Below are positions 63,641-64,000 of a DNA stretch of 64,000 bases, piece after piece. Source of the DNA: the human T2T-CHM13v2.0 reference genome, Homo sapiens. A model generated the notes under the pieces. The model was not told the DNA's origin. It made no database searches and was given only the letters and a program-made list of their open reading frames with translations. The translations under genes and the position numbers were made by a program. Positions within the stretch are counted from its first letter, which is position 1, and each line of letters starts with the position of its first letter. The DNA lies in NCBI RefSeq assembly GCF_009914755.1, contig NC_060947.1; one strand, given 5' to 3'.

Positions 63641-64000
63641 GATTTCTCATCGAGCCTTAGCTACCTTCCCGCGGGGCAGGGCTCGGGACCTGCAGCCCGC
63701 CATGCCTGAGCCTCCCACCCACTCCATGGGCTCCTGTGCGGCCCGAGCCTCCCCAACGAGCACCGCCCCCTGCTGCAGGGCGCCCAGTCCCATTGACCAC
63801 CCAAGGGCTGAGGAGTGCGAGCACACGGCGTGGGACTGGCAGGCCGCTCCACCTGCAGCCCTGGTGCGGGATCCACTAGGTGAAGCCAGCTGGGCTCCTG
63901 AGTCTGGTGGGGATGTGGAGAGTCTTTATATCTAGCTCAGGGATTGTAAATACACCAATCAGCACCCTGTGTTTAGCTCAAGGTTTGTGAGTGCACCAAT
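63639..64000 (+). mobile_element. LTR12 (LTR12C-like, ERV9) LTR, 5'-truncated, continues past the window
   Basis: gccttagct.ccttcccgcggggcagggctcgggacctgcagcccgccatgcctgagcc ... tctagctcagggattgtaaatacaccaatcagcaccctgtg, start of the CCAAT/NF-Y repeats. Confidence 0.9.

Overview
Primate, almost certainly human, genomic DNA: spliced genes with dense Alu, L1, L2, MIR and LTR repeats. Bases 1-8.2 kb (+) hold the complete three-exon PGRMC1 gene (195 aa; X-linked in human). Convergent with it on the - strand is an intron-containing, disabled AKAP17A/XE7 paralog (AKAP17B-type unitary pseudogene). Four coding exons can be reconstructed at 21423-20677, 18618-18488, 16591-~16357 and 14706-13063. They carry three in-frame stops and probably one broken splice donor, but the 547-codon terminal exon is fully open and an intact CpG island at ~36.6-38 kb is the probable promoter. 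The 40-64 kb part is essentially stacked transposable elements, ending in a 5'-truncated LTR12 (ERV9). No prokaryote-type system (CRISPR etc.) is present. Gene identities and repeat subfamilies come from recalled sequence similarity, not database searches; repeat boundaries are approximate.
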